This document shows positions 47,172-48,183 of a stretch of 48,183 nucleotides of DNA, piece by piece (positions within the stretch are counted from its first letter, which is position 1; the number at the start of each line of letters is the position of its first letter). The notes under the pieces were generated by a model, which searched no databases, was not told where the DNA came from, and saw nothing but the letters and a program-made list of their open reading frames with translations. Both the position numbers and the translations under genes were made by a program. Source of the stretch: Candidatus Sigynarchaeum calidifontis (GTDB taxonomy: Archaea > Asgardarchaeota > Lokiarchaeia > Sigyniarchaeales > Sigyniarchaeaceae); NCBI GenBank assembly GCA_030587475.2, contig JAUQYZ020000116.1:1-48183 (forward strand), given 5' to 3'.

Positions 47172-47884
47172 ACCACGGGCACTTCGGGTAACGGTATGGG
47201 TATCGGGTACAAGCGGATGCCGAAGAGGGCAAGCACGAACGTGGCGACGCCGAATCCTATCAAGATCCACAAGGCGACTTTCTGGATGGCGTCCTTACTG
47301 CCTTGCTTGAAGATATCGAGTTTCTTGAAGGACGTGACCAATATCGTGAGAAAGATCATGCCGGCGATCGTACCGACGGCGAACCAGAAAATGAAGATGA
47401 GCCCGTTGGCAAAGCCTGTTGCCGATGCACCCGCGGCCTGGAAATAAACAGTGAGCTCGAACGGGCACGGGGGGAAACCTGTCAAGATCCCGAAAAAGAA
47501 CGCACCGAGCAGGTTTTTTTTAACTTTCAAGGCAACGGGGCTCGCGAGATGATTGTCCCCCCTCTTGTATTTCACGAGGCGGTAGTAAAGGATGACACCC
47601 GTGATGATTGCCACGCCTGACGAGAAGAATGGCTCGACACCCTGGATCCAGGGCAATATCCATCCAAAAAGGCTACCCACAAGGGAAAATCCGGATCCAA
47701 GGGCGGCATTGATGACGAAAAGCCCGAGGGAATAGATGAACACGATCTTGACGGCTTCGGACGAGTTTTTCGCGATCCCGAAAGTGTGGAACCCAAATAT
47801 GGCCTTGTCCTCGCATGGCTGGATGGTATGAAGCAATCCGAACGAAAAGGCCCATATCCAGCCCGCGAACGTGATCTGAAGCAC
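47168..47884 (-). CDS. TauE/DsbD_2/NiCoT-like membrane protein (metal transport or thiol redox)
   Basis: FGLLHTIQPCED, GILTGFPPCP, FAVGTIAG and about six TM segments. Confidence 0.7.
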   Translation of the reverse strand: MLQITFAGWIWAFSFGLLHTIQPCEDKAIFGFHTFGIAKNSSEAVKIVFIYSLGLFVINAALGSGFSLVGSLFGWILPWIQGVEPFFSSGVAIITGVILYYRLVKYKRGDNHLASPVALKVKKNLLGAFFFGILTGFPPCPFELTVYFQAAGASATGFANGLIFIFWFAVGTIAGMIFLTILVTSFKKLDIFKQGSKDAIQKVALWILIGFGVATFVLALFGIRLYPIPIPLPEVPVV

Positions 47885-48183
47885 GCTAGTTCCCCGATCG
47901 TTTCATTCAAGTAAATCCTCGATTTTTTACCAGCTTTTCTTAAGGAAATGATTCTCTTATTGCAACTAGTTCTGAATGTATAGGAATAACCGCGCTTGTC
48001 CTATAAATGCTGGCTTTTAATAGCTCCACGTGGCACTGCTAGTAATCGGTAGAAAGGTGGAAAATCGGCACGCGAGGGTCGAAAATGTCGCGATCGCTTT
48101 GTCATCGAAGCACGAAGAGGGCGGGCAAAATCACCTGGAAAATGTTGACAACTACGAGAGTGATGATGGCAGGCGAGAACACG

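Noticed and set aside
48142-48183. Possible gene start at the right edge
   Set aside because: Too short to support any call.

Overview
This is a gene-dense archaeal chromosomal window with strong Asgard (Lokiarchaeia-like) hallmarks: longin-like proteins, an Arf-family GTPase, two roadblock/LC7 proteins, a standalone 7TM protein and a large N-glycosylation-rich surface protein. Housekeeping genes include gap, pgk, rtcA, purH, nfi, scpA, signal peptidase I, a gamma-carbonic anhydrase and an acyl-CoA ligase. The clearest element the ORF track cannot show is a selenocysteine tRNA (UCA anticodon, 9/4 fold, 23669-23761 minus). It lies about 9 kb from a SepSecS gene, so this organism very likely recodes UGA. 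That makes two in-frame TGA cases worth testing: an MFS gene broken by one TGA, and a TGA-GGT-ACT-TGA junction joining a hypothetical ORF to the Arf GTPase. No convincing SECIS was seen for either. Other leads are an unannotated 38-aa Pro/Ala/Lys repeat micropeptide, a PIN + PD-(D/E)xK nuclease pair, a SET + radical SAM pair, a reversed Nudix-NMNAT fusion, a class I GAPDH, a CdvA-like coiled-coil gene, and a DUF1512/signal peptidase operon. No integrase, transposase, CRISPR array or rRNA was seen. All family calls come from motif recognition by eye, not database searches.
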